DNA of 62,560 nucleotides, the filler included. It is 11 parts of 11 records of this genome, joined end to end, with 100 filler letters (N's around TTAATTAATTAA, not from the genome) between each part and the next. Parts side by side here need not be neighbours in the genome. Positions count along the whole stretch, not along the records: positions 10,923 to 13,923 come from SRR7504441_15880; positions 14,024 to 18,794 come from SRR7504441_15881; positions 18,895 to 27,886 come from SRR7504441_15884; 8 more parts are not named here. One strand, written 5' to 3'. Within the stretch, counting starts at the first letter, position 1. Every line of letters begins with the position of its first letter. A program made the translations under genes and the position numbers. The notes under the pieces are model-generated. The model saw only the letters and a program-made list of their open reading frames with translations. It was not told the origin of the DNA and did no database searches. This document shows positions 12,391 to 23,236 of the stretch, one piece after another.

Positions 12391-13575
12391 TCAAGATTTG
12401 AGCTTCGCTTTCAATACGTCCGTGATGAACTGTATCGCTGCCTGTGTTTGCGCGCGGGTTTGTGGAGTATTCCACACGCTCAGTTTGGGATCGGTGAGCG
12501 GGGTGCACGGGTCGAACAGAATTCGGAGCGACCGGAGCGCCGTTTGGATCTCGCGGACCGACAGGGCACCCTTGCATAGCTCAGGAGTCAGCTTCCCAGA
12601 CACCTAATCCTCACCTTGAGCGCAAAGCTCAGCTCTGTCCAGTCACCTCGGCAGGCAGCGTGCCGTCAGCCACCCCGGCCGCCAGCAGCGGAGGCATTGG
12701 CACCAGGCAGCCTGCGCTTCCCGGCTCGGGCGGTCTCAGATCAGCAGCCGGCGCGCAGATGAACTGCTCGAGCGCCGCATACACTGCAGGGGCGTGCTCC
12801 TCATCCGGCATCTCGTGCCCGCCCGACCACTGGTGCGTCCCGACCAGCACACCCATGGCCACAAACCGCTCCTGTATCTGCCCGTACTGATCGACCGCGT
12901 CCTTGTCTTCTTTGCCGTAGCAGATCCACAGCCTCAGTCCGTCAACAGTGGGGAGATGATTATCCCACGGCCCCGCGTACTTGCCCCAGAGATCCTCCGA
13001 GCTGCCCGTCCGGTCCCCGCCCGGCCGGCCGGCTCGGTCACCCGAAGACGGCCGCCCATCGGAGCTGTTCCCGGACCTTCTGCGGGGCTTCGGCCCAAAC
13101 AGATAGCAGCAGGCAGACCAGCTCGCCCCCTGCTCGCAAGCCTGAGCCTGCGCGGGCGGGCGGTTACCCTGAGAGAACCCGAGCAGACCCTGGTACCCGC
13201 CCTCGGCCACGATGTGCCCCAGGGCCCGCGCGCGCGCGCGGTGTACTGGCTCCAAATCCTTGTCGGCGTGCCGCCAGTAGCCGAACAGCTCGAGATCGCC
13301 GGAGCGGCCGAGCTCCGCCAGCTCGGGCCCTTTCTGCCCGGCCGGCTGAGCCGGTTGCAGCCGGACGGGGACGCCTGTCCGCCTTGCTCGGCGAGCAGTT
13401 TGAAGTCGTCGCCCTCGAGCAGAACGTTGCCCTCAAGGACATCCAGCTGGTACCCGGGCAGCTGGGCCCGGGCCTGCTCGAGTGCGTAGTCGAACAGCAT
13501 GGTGCTGTTGCCATACCCGTGCAGGCAGAGCACCCTGGGCCGCCTCACAGCTCCGGAACGGCGAGTCACCGGCAT
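12391..13575 (-). CDS. FSH1/OVCA2-family serine hydrolase with C-terminal extension; spliced
   Basis: RVLCLHGYG, nucleophile elbow GLLGFSQG, GGHEMP. The frames join via mini-introns, the first (13334-13374) with a GC donor. Confidence 0.85.
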
Positions 13576-13630
13576 GCGCACGTTCTTGATCTCGCGGAGG
13601 CCGACGTTCGAGTTTGCTGAGGCTTGAGGG

Positions 13631-13923
13631 ATGGTCGACACTACGGCCCTGGAGGCTGGCCTGGACCGGATGCGGTCGCTGCTGGCGGCGGAGGCCCGGG
13701 TGTGCGAGGCGCAGCTGGCGGATTGCCAGCAGCTGTCCGCCGGTCTCCGCGGACTGGTGCTCCAGAACCGCCAGAACAGCGAGCTGCTGTCTGCCCACCG
13801 CCGGGAGCTCGCACTCGACGTGGCTGTTCCCGCTGGGTGCGCGCATGCTTGGCCGGATAGCCCAAGCCGAGCCCAAGCTGCAGATAAGGGCGGCGCATCT
13901 GAGCAGCAACACGTCCGAGACGA
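13631..13923 (+). CDS. Hypothetical coiled-coil protein, 3'-truncated
   Basis: ATG at 13631, helical sequence, divergent from the FSH1 gene. Confidence 0.5.
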
Positions 13924-14055
13924 NNNNNNNNNNNNNNNNNNNNNNNNNNNNNNNNNNNNNNNNNNNNTTAATTAATTAANNNNNNNNNNNNNNNNNNNNN
14001 NNNNNNNNNNNNNNNNNNNNNNNACATGCAGTAACATGGACAACTGCCATAGAAG

Positions 14056-16356
14056 CTAGTAGTCGTCATTGTCAGATTCTTCTTTGCTCGCCTTGATCGC
14101 CTTCTTTTTAGCCATCTCGGCGTTTTTCTTAGCTTTAGAGCTTTCACTGTTGAGTGCGTTTGGATCGGCCAGATAGTACTCTCCAGCAGCCTTCTGCTCC
14201 CTGTCTTTGGTAGATTCGGGCTTGTTGATTCGAGGCCTGTAATTGGAGGGATCTCGCCGAAAGGTGATATCAAGCTCTTGTAGGAAGGCGTTCATCCCTT
14301 GTATAATGCTGCTGGGGCTGTGAGCAGTACACTCTATTCCTGGCCTTCCAGTGTATACCACCACTCGGTCAAAGAGTGTCGATGCCATGAGGAAATCGTG
14401 CTCGATCACGAATGCAGACATCTGCCGGAAGGTAACAACCCATCGCTTGATGACTTTGGCAACATTAATACGCTGCTCGCAATCCAGTCCAGCGCTGGGT
14501 TCGTCCAGTAGATATAGCCGCGCCGGGGTTCCAAGACAGATGCAGATGGCCACCCTTTGCATCTCACCGCCAGAGAGGCTTCTCACAGGCAGGTCGTACA
14601 TCGGCTCAATCATAAGCGGCTTCATAACAAGCAGCCTGAAGTGCCGGTTCGCAAGCCCGCTCTGTATCGTCCGCTCGAGAAGCTCCTGCACTGTGCCTTG
14701 AAACCTGCGGTACCGCTTGGCATTGTGCTGGGTCTTGAAGCTGATCCCAAGGCCTGCCATCGAGCATGCCTCCTTGCGCAGCACCTTCTGCTCCTCCGCC
14801 GGTGCCCCCTCAGCAGGAGCAGCCGGCTTCTCGTCAAACGCGCCTGCAATCAACCGCAGGAAGGTGGTCTTGCCACAGCCATTCTCACCCAACAGCCCTA
14901 CGATCTCGCACTGTCGGAACTGACCCGGCTCAATATGCAGCGTGAAGCTGGACTCCTCGCTCTCGAGCACTTTAGTCATGCCATCGTAAGCGTACCGCTC
15001 GGCGCTCTCTGGATCGAGGTATCCGTCCGCCAGCATCTCATCAGTCATCGGGTCGTCCTCCAAGCTCACTCGGAAGCTGAGTGCGTTGGCCCTGAAGCGC
15101 ATATTCTCTGCTTCAAAATATCCTGCAAGATATCTGGCACGGCCAAATCAGGGCCCAAACAGACAGGGCGGAGCTCACTGGTTAATTCCGTTGTGAACAG
15201 TCATCCGTGATGTCACAACGCCATAAGCACCAGGGGCGCCAAACAAGCAGCATATGTAGTCTGCCATATAGTCCAGCAGGGCGAGGTCGTGCTCGACGCA
15301 GATCACGTACTTGCTGCTTGCCTTACCCGTGTCCCCGTCCCAGAAGTCGGCTTCAAGCAGTGACCGGATCACCCGCGCTGCGACCACCCTTTGCTTCACG
15401 TCCAGGAACGAGCTCGCTTCATCAAAGATGTACACATCGCAGTCCCTCACAACGGCAGCCGCAATCGCCAGCCGCTGCATCTCGCCCCCGCTAAGCGCGG
15501 CCATCTCTCGATCCATCAAATGGGTTAGGTCGAGCTTCTCTGTAACCCAGTCAATCACCTCCTGCGGCCGCTCGCTGTTCTTTTCAATCACCTGAGCCAC
15601 CTGCACCCGGCTCAGCCTGGCCAGAGCATTCGGCGCACTGTCCGCGAGTTCGATCCGGGCCGTTGGACGACGGTGTCCATCTGCGGCTTCATCACCGAGC
15701 TGGTCTCGTCAGTCACCAAGCTCGTGAAGTAATTCTGCATCCCACCGAAGCTCATCCGAACGAGCGCCAGCGGCCGTTGCCTGCAGGTCAGAGCCGCGGT
15801 AGTAGTGGATGATATCGGACCAATTGGCCGGGTCCGTTACGTTCCCGAGGTTCGGTTTGACCTTGGCCGCCAGCACTTTGAGCGCGGTGGACTGCCCGAG
15901 ATCCGTCGGGCAGCGCCCGCATCACGGCGCACCTTGCCGATGCCGTTGGTTCCCAGAAGCCCGAGCACGTGGCCAGGGCGTGGCTGGGGTAGTCCGTGCA
16001 GCTTAAACATGTTGAGCCCGTACTGGTGGGTGGTGTTGGTAGTCATGTTCGAGGGCACCTTGACGATTTTAACAGCGTCGTCCGGACACTTTGCGGCCCG
16101 GTTTAGGCAAGCGGCGCACGCCTGCACCGATCCGGCTGGCATACGCCCGGCGGCCGGCTGTCCTGACCTCCTCGAGGATGACGATCCGCTTCTGCTCCGG
16201 GCGGTAGGCGATGCACTCTTTGCCGCAGGCCCCGGCGATCCGCTTCAGGTACATGAAAGGCGGGCTCTTGGGCTTGCATTTGTCCTGATCCAGGATCACC
16301 ACCCGGCGCTCCTGAAGCTCGTCCGACGACTTGCGAGTCACCCCCTTCTTGCCCAT
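14056..16356 (-). CDS. ABCE1: ABCE1/RLI1-family ATPase, divergent Fe-S domain; 5 mini-introns
   Basis: [49 protein letters not shown] twice, [24 protein letters not shown]...[11 protein letters not shown]. Confidence 0.93.
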
Positions 16357-16462
16357 AGCCCCCTGTACTTGCTCGAGCGGTGGGGGCGTCCCTCAGCATC
16401 ATCGCAGATCACAGTTGCCGTTAGAATCTGTTCGATGCGAGGGTCTCCCACCCGCCGATTCG

Positions 16463-17119
16463 ATGCTGCCCATGGACTGCCAGCGGCTGATCCAGGGTGA
16501 GCCGCGGCTGCGGTTCCGTTTTAGGGACGGCTGCTGCTGCTGGGTGGAGGCGGAGCTCGATCCTTCTGACTGGATCGCCAGGCTGGCGCTGGGCGCGGCC
16601 CAAACGCTCGGGCAGGCCCGTCGCAAAGCGGCCGACCTGGTGGTCATAGAGCTGGGCGACCTCGACCGGTCACTGAAGGCGCTACCAAGTGGCGAAGGGG
16701 CGGTCGCCAGGCGGCGCCGGCTGGATCTCAAACACAGCTGCGCTGGCGAGTGCTGCAGCGACGACAAAGCTTCCGGAGTTACCACGCTGCACCGAGCGGC
16801 TCAGTCGGGCCAGGCCACGGCGATCCGGCTGCTGGTGCAGCTTGGACTGGACGTGGAGACGCCGGCGGAGGACGGGGCCACACCACTGTACACGGCGTGC
16901 CTGCACTGCAGACACGAGGCCACCAAGGCGCTGTTGGAACTGGGATCTGACCCGTTCCGGGCGTCTGACATGGGCATCACTCCGCACGACGTGGCCTGCC
17001 CGCTGGCCCGCCGGCTACTGGAGCGCTGGCAACGGTTCTCTGCGGCTCAAAAGCTGGCTGTTGCCAAATTCGGGTGGCCTCAAGATCTTTGGGCCGTGGA
17101 ACTGATCGGGCTGGGCTAG
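16463..17119 (+). CDS. Ankyrin-repeat protein
   Basis: TTLHRAAQSGQ...LLVQLG, ATPLYTACLHCRHEATKALLELGSD, GITPHDVA. The 3' end is uncertain. Confidence 0.75.
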   Translation: MLPMDCQRLIQGEPRLRFRFRDGCCCWVEAELDPSDWIARLALGAAQTLGQARRKAADLVVIELGDLDRSLKALPSGEGAVARRRRLDLKHSCAGECCSDDKASGVTTLHRAAQSGQATAIRLLVQLGLDVETPAEDGATPLYTACLHCRHEATKALLELGSDPFRASDMGITPHDVACPLARRLLERWQRFSAAQKLAVAKFGWPQDLWAVELIGLG

Positions 17120-17478
17120 GTGGGATTACCTAGAACTTCCAGCCTGGCAGCCGAGCAACCATTCCAGCTTTCCACACGGCTTCAAGAGCCAGGTTGATGC
17201 AGTCGTGGTGAGTTTGCAGGCGTCCGGGCTATTGTGTGAAGCAATTCTAGACGTGACGATGCTGATTGGCAATAGATTTGACGCCTTGAACAGGCCTGCG
17301 ATCTAACATGTGCTTAATTAAGCGATCTGCGAACATTCTTTGTTCAACAAGTCCCACACACCCAGCTGATAAATGTCTATATGCAATTATACCCAAGTCC
17401 TTAAATGAGTACGATCGCGAGGTGCTTTCGATTGTCCCAAGCCCCACAGCTCCCAATGCCGTTAGAACTATCAGGCAA

Positions 17479-18794
17479 ATGAGGACGCTCCTCATCGGTG
17501 TGCTGTCCTCCTGCGTCGTGGTCTTCACCCACCTGGCCGCCGGCGACATCGCCGCTGACGTCAGGCTGGTGCAGCAGCACGTGGCAACCGCTGCGAATCA
17601 GACCTTCCGGCAAGCCTCCGGGGCGCTGCAGTTCCCGTACCTGGTGCCGGGCGGGCCGTACAATCAGAGCTGGGACTGGGACTCGTTCTTTCTCGGGGTG
17701 GCCCTCCGCAAGCACGGCGGCCTCCCGTACCTGGCCGGCACGATGCGCAACTTTCTGGCGCACACCAACCTGACGACGGGGGAGGTGCAGGGCTGCCTGA
17801 CGCCGCAGGGCCCGACTGGCGCCATCGCCCATGCCAAGCCGGTGGTAGTGCAGGGCGCGTGGATGGCGGCCAAGGGTGATGCGGCCATGGTAGAAGAATT
17901 CGAGGTGTACCGGCCGCAGATGGAGGCGCTCCTGGCCTACTGGGGCCGGCCGCCGCGCCGGGACAACCGCACCGGGCTGCGCGTCTGGTACGACCAGATG
18001 GAGAGCGGCAGCGACAATCTGGTCACCTCCGGCTGTCCGAGCAAGTACAGCTTCTGGTGCTGGAGGACGGAGACCATGTCGTACTCGCTAGCGTCAGCGG
18101 ATCTCAATGTCTTCCTGTTCCGTGAGCACGTGGCCTTTTCAAGGTTCGCTCGCGCCTGGGGCGACGACGCAGCGGCCACCGCGCATGAGGCCGAGGCTAC
18201 TGCCATCCACGAAAGCATCGAGAAATTCCTGTGGGATGAGGCTGAAGGCAAGTATAACGCGCTCAATGTCCGTTCCGGAGCTGCGGTGAAGAATAGAGTG
18301 TGGCTACTGGGCCTGCCGCTTTGGCTGGCCTCCTCGGTGTCGTCGGACAAACCGGCGGCGACTCCGCTCATCAACGTGACGCGGGCCGCACGAGTGATGA
18401 GCAACCTGATGAAGCCGGACATGCTCTCTCCGTGGGGCTTCCGGTCCACCTCCTCGTTGGACCCGCGATATAATAATTGGAACGAGATCACCCCCTACTC
18501 GAACTGGCGGGGGCCGGTCTGGGCCAACGCCAATGCACTCCTCCTCTACGGCGCCCGGGCGGCATGCGGCGCCTCGGCGGGCAGCGTGTCATGCGACGCG
18601 ATTGTGGCTGTGGCTAGGAACCTCACGACAAACCTGGCCAATGATTTGCGCGCGACCGGCGTGTGGCACGAGTGCTGGTCGAGCAAACTAGACACCAAGT
18701 CGTGGTTCAACCCGGGCGGGAAAGGGTTGGCGGCTCCGGGCTTTCTCAGTTGGGACACCATCATCGCCACCCTCCTCGAGGACGTCACGGCAGG
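17479..18794 (+). CDS. Secreted MGH1-like/trehalase-like (alpha/alpha)6 glycoside hydrolase, intronless, 3'-truncated
   Basis: Signal peptide. YLVPGGPY..WDWDSFF, HAKP, ESGSDN, NWRGPVW, WHECW, GFLSW. Confidence 0.85.
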
Positions 18795-18935
18795 NNNNNN
18801 NNNNNNNNNNNNNNNNNNNNNNNNNNNNNNNNNNNNNNTTAATTAATTAANNNNNNNNNNNNNNNNNNNNNNNNNNNNNNNNNNNNNNNNNNNNGGGGGG
18901 GGGGGGGGGGGGGGGGGGGGCTGAGCGCTGGGCAG

Positions 18936-19537
18936 GACGCGGACGAGACTGCCCAGCTGGAGCCGCTGTTTGCGTCGATCGTATTCCTGTGCCACGGCAG
19001 CCTGGAGGACAAGCTAGACTGTGCGGGCCGGGGGTGCTTGGCTCAGCCCGGGGCAGTCTGCTGGGAGCTGTTCAGCCATGGGCGCGAGTCGATGGACCTG
19101 CACATAGTCAGCGACCTCATGCACTGCGTGCTCTGGTCGTCGGGCCCCGTCACCCAGTTTCCCGACGACCACAGGCGCCCCACCGGCCCGCTCCGGCTGA
19201 CTGGGCGGCTAGGAGCGTGGGCCGGCCGGGGCTTGGGGCGCTGCTCAAGATGGACTTGTCGAGAAAGGGCGTGGCGGAGGTGCCGTCCCAGCTCGGGTCA
19301 GGCCGGAGCGGTCGGGCAGCTGGCCAACGATCTCTTCGACAAAAGCACGCTGTCGTCCAATCGGATCAGCAAGAGGGATTTCTGGTGCAGCTGATGCGGC
19401 CGGTCTGCTGAGGGTGGGGCAGCAACTATTTCCAGCAGGAGCCGTTCCTCAAGGCGTGGCTAGCCTCGATGCAGCGGCGCGTGCAGTGGCATAGATGGCA
19501 GCGCAACCATGGCGCAGCTCACGTCGAGAAGGTATAG
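18936..19537 (+). CDS. C-terminal part of an NCS/calcineurin-B-like EF-hand-fold protein, 5'-truncated
   Basis: Spliced LFASIVFLCHGSLEDKLD.CWELF...NRISKRDFW resembles the recoverin/CBL pattern. The end is approximate. Confidence 0.5.
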
Positions 19538-19829
19538 GGCCTAGCTGCGCCTGCTTACCCTATTGGTTGCAGGCGACGGCTAGATCGATGTCATGACTGT
19601 TTTTCCTCGAATCCGGATCTTGCGAATTCATGTGCACACACACGCACCCGCAATACATGTTTAGGCCTTTTACTTATATTAATTGAAGCAGTATAGCTTT
19701 ATTCGAAGTCTTGTTTTGCATTCCATTCATGCTTCAATATTGAGCACTAGTACTGCACTGACAGCGAGGTCCGTTTCAGTTGCCTACGGTGGGCAGCTCG
19801 TAGACCCCGGGGCGGGCGGCGGCGGGGGG

Positions 19830-21229
19830 ATGAAGTACAGCGAGGTGTACACGCCATTGCTGATCTGCTGCTATGCGATCATCGGGTTCCTGGCCATCTA
19901 CCAGCTCTACCTGATCCAGCACCACCGGTCCAAGTGCATCTCGTGGAACTCGGGCTTCCTCTTTTGCTGCGTTCCCTGGTGCGCGCTCAGGATCGCCTAC
20001 TGGCTGATGCCGGCCGACGAGTGCGACGTGGATGGGAGCCAGATGCTCCAGAGCGTGGTGCTCACCTTGCCGATCAATCTCGAGTTTGTGTGCTTTTACC
20101 TGATCATGGTATACATCATGAGCAAGGTACGCGAGGACGCCGACGAGCCCAGCTTCAAGCTCCGGGTCAAGTGGGTGTCGTGCGCCACCCACCTGAGCTA
20201 CCTGGCCTCAAACATGGTCTGCGTGGTCATGATGATCCGGCTTGGCACCCGCGTGCCCCAGGCCGGCAGCGACGACAGCGACTGCCTGCGCTCTGACCCC
20301 CAAAAGTGCCACGAGAACGGCGGGTGCTTCCAAGGCAACGAAACAGCCTCCAACATCCAGCAGGGGCTCTCGGCACTGGCCTTTTTCCTGCTGGCGCTCA
20401 GGTGCGGCTGAGTCCCTGGCTGTGAGCTCACTCGGCTGCAGCTTATTCTTTTATGGGGTTAAGCTGCACATTTCCCCGGATAGGAGCATAAGGCCCAACA
20501 CCGCCTCGATGGCCGACCCCGGCGAGTCGATGCCCCAGCTCAGGTGGCACGCGCACGAGTCTCGTTACGTCACAGAGGGGGTAACCGGCTGCTAGAGGCC
20601 CGATTGTGAGCCCGGCCTACAGGTGTGCATTGCGCTGCTGTTGGTCTTTGTGTCGCGAGCCGTCTTCGACGCGCTTCAGCTCAATACCTTCGCGCCAGCG
20701 CCGATCACGATTCCGCAGGACAAGGACCTGACTGAGTTTTGGATATTCTTTGTGTATATGGCATGGGAGGTCTTCCCTTGCAGCCTTATGTTGTTCTTTT
20801 TCGGGACAATCCAAGCGCAGCACTCCGCATCAAAGCCGGAGCACGGCCTGCGGGACTGGCGGAATTTCGCCACCCCGATGACCGAGGGGGTGGATGAGCA
20901 GCTGGTCGGTGCAATAGAAGTGGACCGGCCTAACCCCAACTGGCCGCTGCCCCCCAACGTGCACGAGTACGCAGTCAGCTCCAGTGACCGCTCAGCACAC
21001 GGTCCGCTGGTGCCCAAACCGCCGATGGTCGGATCCAAGGCAACCCCTCGTAGTAATTGCCTGGCTGACTTTCGGACAGATTGGGCTGATGGAGGATGAC
21101 GGTAGATACGACTCACCTAGCGATAACCAGCCGCTACATATGCCTAGCCTTAACACGACATCCTCAGGATATTACCCTGGGGGTGGACGGGCTGATCTGT
21201 ACGCTAAGATCCACGGGAATAAAATGTGA
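19830..21229 (+). CDS. Multi-pass membrane protein, GPR137/TOM1(THH1)-like
   Basis: About 7 hydrophobic segments after splicing: FLFCCVPWCALRIAYW, TLPINLEFVCFYL, FFYGVKL, VFVSRAVFD, YMAWEVFP. C-terminal YDSP motif. Confidence 0.7.
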
Positions 21230-21255
21230 TGTATACACAAACTGATAAATTAGCT

Positions 21256-23070
21256 TTAGAGTTGTTCAATTTGGTCAGTCTCAGGACGTCCCTCAACCTC
21301 CTCGGGAACCCTTTCAAGTGGGCCTATTGCACCTACGCCGCCGAGTTCAATGTCCTCGGCATTGCCTTCGGTGGACCCAACGGATATCCGCGATAACCGT
21401 CTATGACTACCGGGGTGGTCGCGTGGTTCAGGCTTTGGTTGAACACAACACAACAATCTGCAACAAACTAGGAACAACAACCATGCACAAAACCGCCAGA
21501 TTGCGAGAATGCAATCGATGAAGCAGGCACAGCAACAGCCGGTGCACGAGTATCGTACCCATGCGCGATACAGTGGGCGGGACGGAGTCATATACACTTT
21601 CAGTGGCTTGAAGCACGAGCGCGAGACTTCATCCGTGAGCCTCTCAAATAAATCATGCTGCAGCACACCAATGATGAGTCCGTACTAGGCTCGCACGGCA
21701 ACCTTGCTGACGTACTCATCCGCAATGGAGATGCCTGGCATCAGTGGTCGCAACCGCTTACTCAGTTTGTGGCCAATAATCTCAGGCTCCCCGTCGCCTT
21801 CCATGTCTACTCTAACTGTCTGGCTCTCGTCCTCAGCACTCCGGAGGAAGACCGCGTCTGCGGTGCTCATCAGGTTGTGGTCCGAACTCATCAGCATCAT
21901 ATACATGCCGCGCAGCGTCGTGTCTCCGTGGATCGCGCCTTGGTGCACGAGCAGAGTCATGCCAAACGGGATCTTCACACCTGCACACTCTCAGCCTCCG
22001 AGGCTCCAACCGTGCCCGACCTATCACTTCGAAGACGCCCTCGCCCGACGGCTTGTAGTACCCCGGCCCTGAGCTCGCACCGGCCCGGCAGCAGCTGCAT
22101 CCACTGGCTGCAGGACTGATGGGCTGCTCCGTCTGGTCTGGCTGCTCCACCGGTCGGGCGAGCATTACGAACCCACCAGCCTCTGGGTGCAGCGGGGTCA
22201 TTGTCTGGGTAAAGTCGTGCACCTCGAGGAACAGCCCGTCGTGCTTGAGGGAGTAGTCCTCGTTGTATCGGGGGCCGTACCAGTAGGTTACCACATCCAG
22301 CGTCTCATCCCAGCCTGCCCGCCGATCAGCCAAGCACTCGATTGAGCTTGCGGCCGACCTCGATCGGTCCGGACCTCGAAAGGCCCTTGGTTGCACACTA
22401 GCTCGGCGTGGAAGCTGCTCAGATCCAAGGAGTCTAGCGGCACGCCAGCCTCGTGCATCTGGACTGTCGGATCCGGCAGTTTCACCGCCCGCTCGTGCAC
22501 TCTGAGGACGCCCATATCGGGAAATAAGCTGCTGTCGGGGAAGTTGTCTCCGAGCTGTTGCTGCAGTGCAGCGATCTTTCCCCTGTGATCCGGCCTCTTG
22601 CCGGAGACCCAATCGTAAGAGAACCGCGCGACCATCTGCGGAGAGACCGGGAATTTCGGGGGAGAAGGATGGACCGCTGGCCGTTTGGGCCGCCGGAACA
22701 CGCACGGGACGCCGTCTTGGTCGATGTCGAATCTGTGCTCAAACTTCCAGGAGTGCGGCAGAGACCCGAAGAAGTCGCACGGCCCTACCATCAGCGACTC
22801 GAGGGCCACTCCGCTCTGCGTCGACTCGGGGTGGGCAACGGACGTGACCCGGCTGAGCGGCTGGGCGGTTCGGACGGCGACCAGGTTGGCTTCCTTAAGC
22901 AGCGTGCGCGCCCCGAGGCTCCACTGGCCGTTGTGTATCTTCGGGATCGAGCTGCCCCCCGCGTGCACCCGCGAGAAGTGGTCGCCCAGCGCGATTAGCC
23001 GGAGCGTGGAAGGATCTCGCTCAGTGCTGGCCACCCAGTCTTCCTCTGCGTCGGTTGCTCCCGAGGACAT
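21256..23070 (-). CDS. Hypothetical protein with putative cupin-like core and Cys-rich membrane segment; 3 introns
   Basis: Spliced core GLFLEVHDFTQTMTPL...GGFVMLAR...FEVIGVKIPFGMTLLVHQGAIHGD. Tail CTGCCCACFIDCILAIWRFCAWLLFLVCC. Confidence 0.65.
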
Positions 23071-23236
23071 GCCCAGTTGCCCACTCCCGGAATCTGAGAT
23101 TTTGCACCGTTAACCGACCTGTCGTTACCATATACTACACTATCACGGTACAATATAAAGTGCATAATTATAAAGTGCAGTTCGCTCGAATGGTAATTCA
23201 AGTACACGAGTACGTGTACGTACGTACGAACATTAA

